From assembly GCA_964016885.1 (NCBI GenBank), contig OZ024740.1, positions 406,472,001-406,536,000 of the forward strand: 64,000 bases of DNA. Reading direction: 5' to 3'. Made by a program: the position numbers and the translations under genes. This document shows, in pieces, positions 62,701 to 64,000 of this stretch (position 1 is its first letter; every line of letters begins with the position of its first letter). A model generated the notes under the pieces. The model saw nothing but the letters and a program-made list of their open reading frames with translations, was not told where the DNA came from and searched no databases. This stretch comes from Eledone cirrhosa. Lineage: Eukaryota.

Positions 62701-64000
62701 TAGATGAGACCGTGGTGTTAGTAACAGAGGTCTCAAGCTACCTAGGAAGGTATGGGTAGATGAGACCGTGGTGTCAGCAACAGAGGTCTCAAGCCACCTA
62801 GGAAGGTATGCGTAGATGAGACCGTGGTGTCAGCAACAGAGGTCTCAAGCTACCTAGGAAGGTATGGGTAGATGAGACCGTGGTGTCAGCAACAGAGGTC
62901 TCAAGCCACCTAGGAAGGTATGGGTAGATGAGACCGTGGTGTTAGTAGCAGAGGTCTCAAGCCACCTAGGAAGGTATGGGTAGATGAGACCGTGGTGTTA
63001 GTAGCAGAGGTCTCAAGCTACCTAGGAAGGTATGGGTAGATGAGACCGTGGTGTCAGCAGCAGAGGTCTCAAGCCACCTAGGAAGGTATGGGTAGATGAG
63101 ACCATGGTGTCAGCAACAGAGGTCTCAAGCCACCTAGGAAGGTATGGGTAGATGAGACCGTGGTGTCATCAACAGAGGTCTCAAGCCACCTAGGAAGGTA
63201 TGGGTAGATGAGACCATGGTGTCAGCAACAGAGGTCTCAAGCCACCTAGGAAGGTATGGGTAGATGAGACCGTGGTGTCAGCAACAGAGGTCTCAAGCCA
63301 CCTAGGAAGGTATGGGAAGATGAGACCATGGTGTCAGCAACAGAGGTCTCAAGCCACCTAGGAAGGTATGGGTAGATGAGACCGTGGTGTCAGTAGCAGA
63401 GGTCTCAAGCCACCTAGGAAGGTATGGGTAGATGAGACCGTGGTGTCAGCAGCAGAGGTCTCAAGCCACCTAGGAAGGTATGGGTAGATGAGACCATGGT
63501 GTCAGCAACAGAGGTCTCAAGCCACCTAGGAAGGTATGGGTAGATGAGACCGTGGTGTCAGCAACAGAGGTCTCAAGCTACCTAGGAAGGTATGGGAAGA
63601 TGAGACCGTGGTGTTAGTAGCAGAGGTCTCAAGCCACCTAGGAAGGTATGGGTAGATGAGACCGTGGTGTCAGCAACAGAGGTCTCAAGCCACCTAGGAA
63701 GGTATGGGAAGATGAGACCATGGTGTCAGCAACAGAGGTCTCAAGCCACCTAGGAAGGTATGGGAAGATGAGACCGTGGTGTCAGCAGCAGAGGTCTCAA
63801 GCCACCTAGGAAGGTATGGGAAGATGAGACCGTGGTGTCAGCAGCAGAGGTCTCAAGCCACCTAGGAAGGTATGGGTAGATGAGACCCTGGTGCCAGCAA
63901 CAGAGGTCTCAAGCCACCTAGGAAGGTATGGGAAGATGAGACCGTGGTGTCAGCAGCAGAGGTCTCAAGCCACCTAGAAGGTATGGGTAGATGAGACCGT
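59731..64000 (+). repeat. 56-bp tandem satellite (about 76 units, runs off the window end)
   Basis: Unit GTAGATGAGACCGTGGTGTCAGCAACAGAGGTCTCAAGCCACCTAGGAAGGTATGG. GATGAG occurs at 59791, 59847 and 59903. Confidence 0.97.

Noticed and set aside
59731-64000. CRISPR-like array (palindromic repeat with regular period)
   Set aside because: There are no unique spacers, since the whole 56 bp repeats. There are no cas genes and the context is eukaryotic.
59737-64000. Synthetic Golden Gate construct (paired BsaI sites GAGACC/GGTCTC in each unit)
   Set aside because: The unit is continuous with a natural Gypsy RT frame and shows natural variant structure. No vector parts are present.

Overview
Eukaryotic, AT-rich, repeat-dense genomic DNA. 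The mix of repeats suggests a coleoid cephalopod such as octopus, but this is inference only. No complete host gene is visible; at most there is one small candidate exon near 29.2 kb. About 25 kb is compound (TA)n/(TACA)n/(TACC)n microsatellite, which explains nearly all the YI-repeat ORFs in the track as artefacts. Inserted in it are 5'-truncated LINEs (several RTE families, one CR1-type with an open ORF, an R4/Dong-like relic), five co-oriented copies of a short non-autonomous RTE-like element, and tRNA-derived SINEs. There is also a TSD-bounded mini Gypsy LTR element, a MITE, a probable non-autonomous Helitron, and a Penelope-like element (RT + GIY-YIG). The strongest signal is a cluster of about 12 hammerhead-ribozyme (HHR) motifs between 36 and 56 kb. 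These include an apparently identical 3 x 422-bp tandem array with one type I HHR per unit and an inverted partial copy (retrozyme-like, predicting a 422-nt circular RNA), next to the Penelope-like ORF. The window ends in a 56-bp satellite with higher-order structure that grew out of a Gypsy RT coding fragment. All folds and alignments were done by eye.
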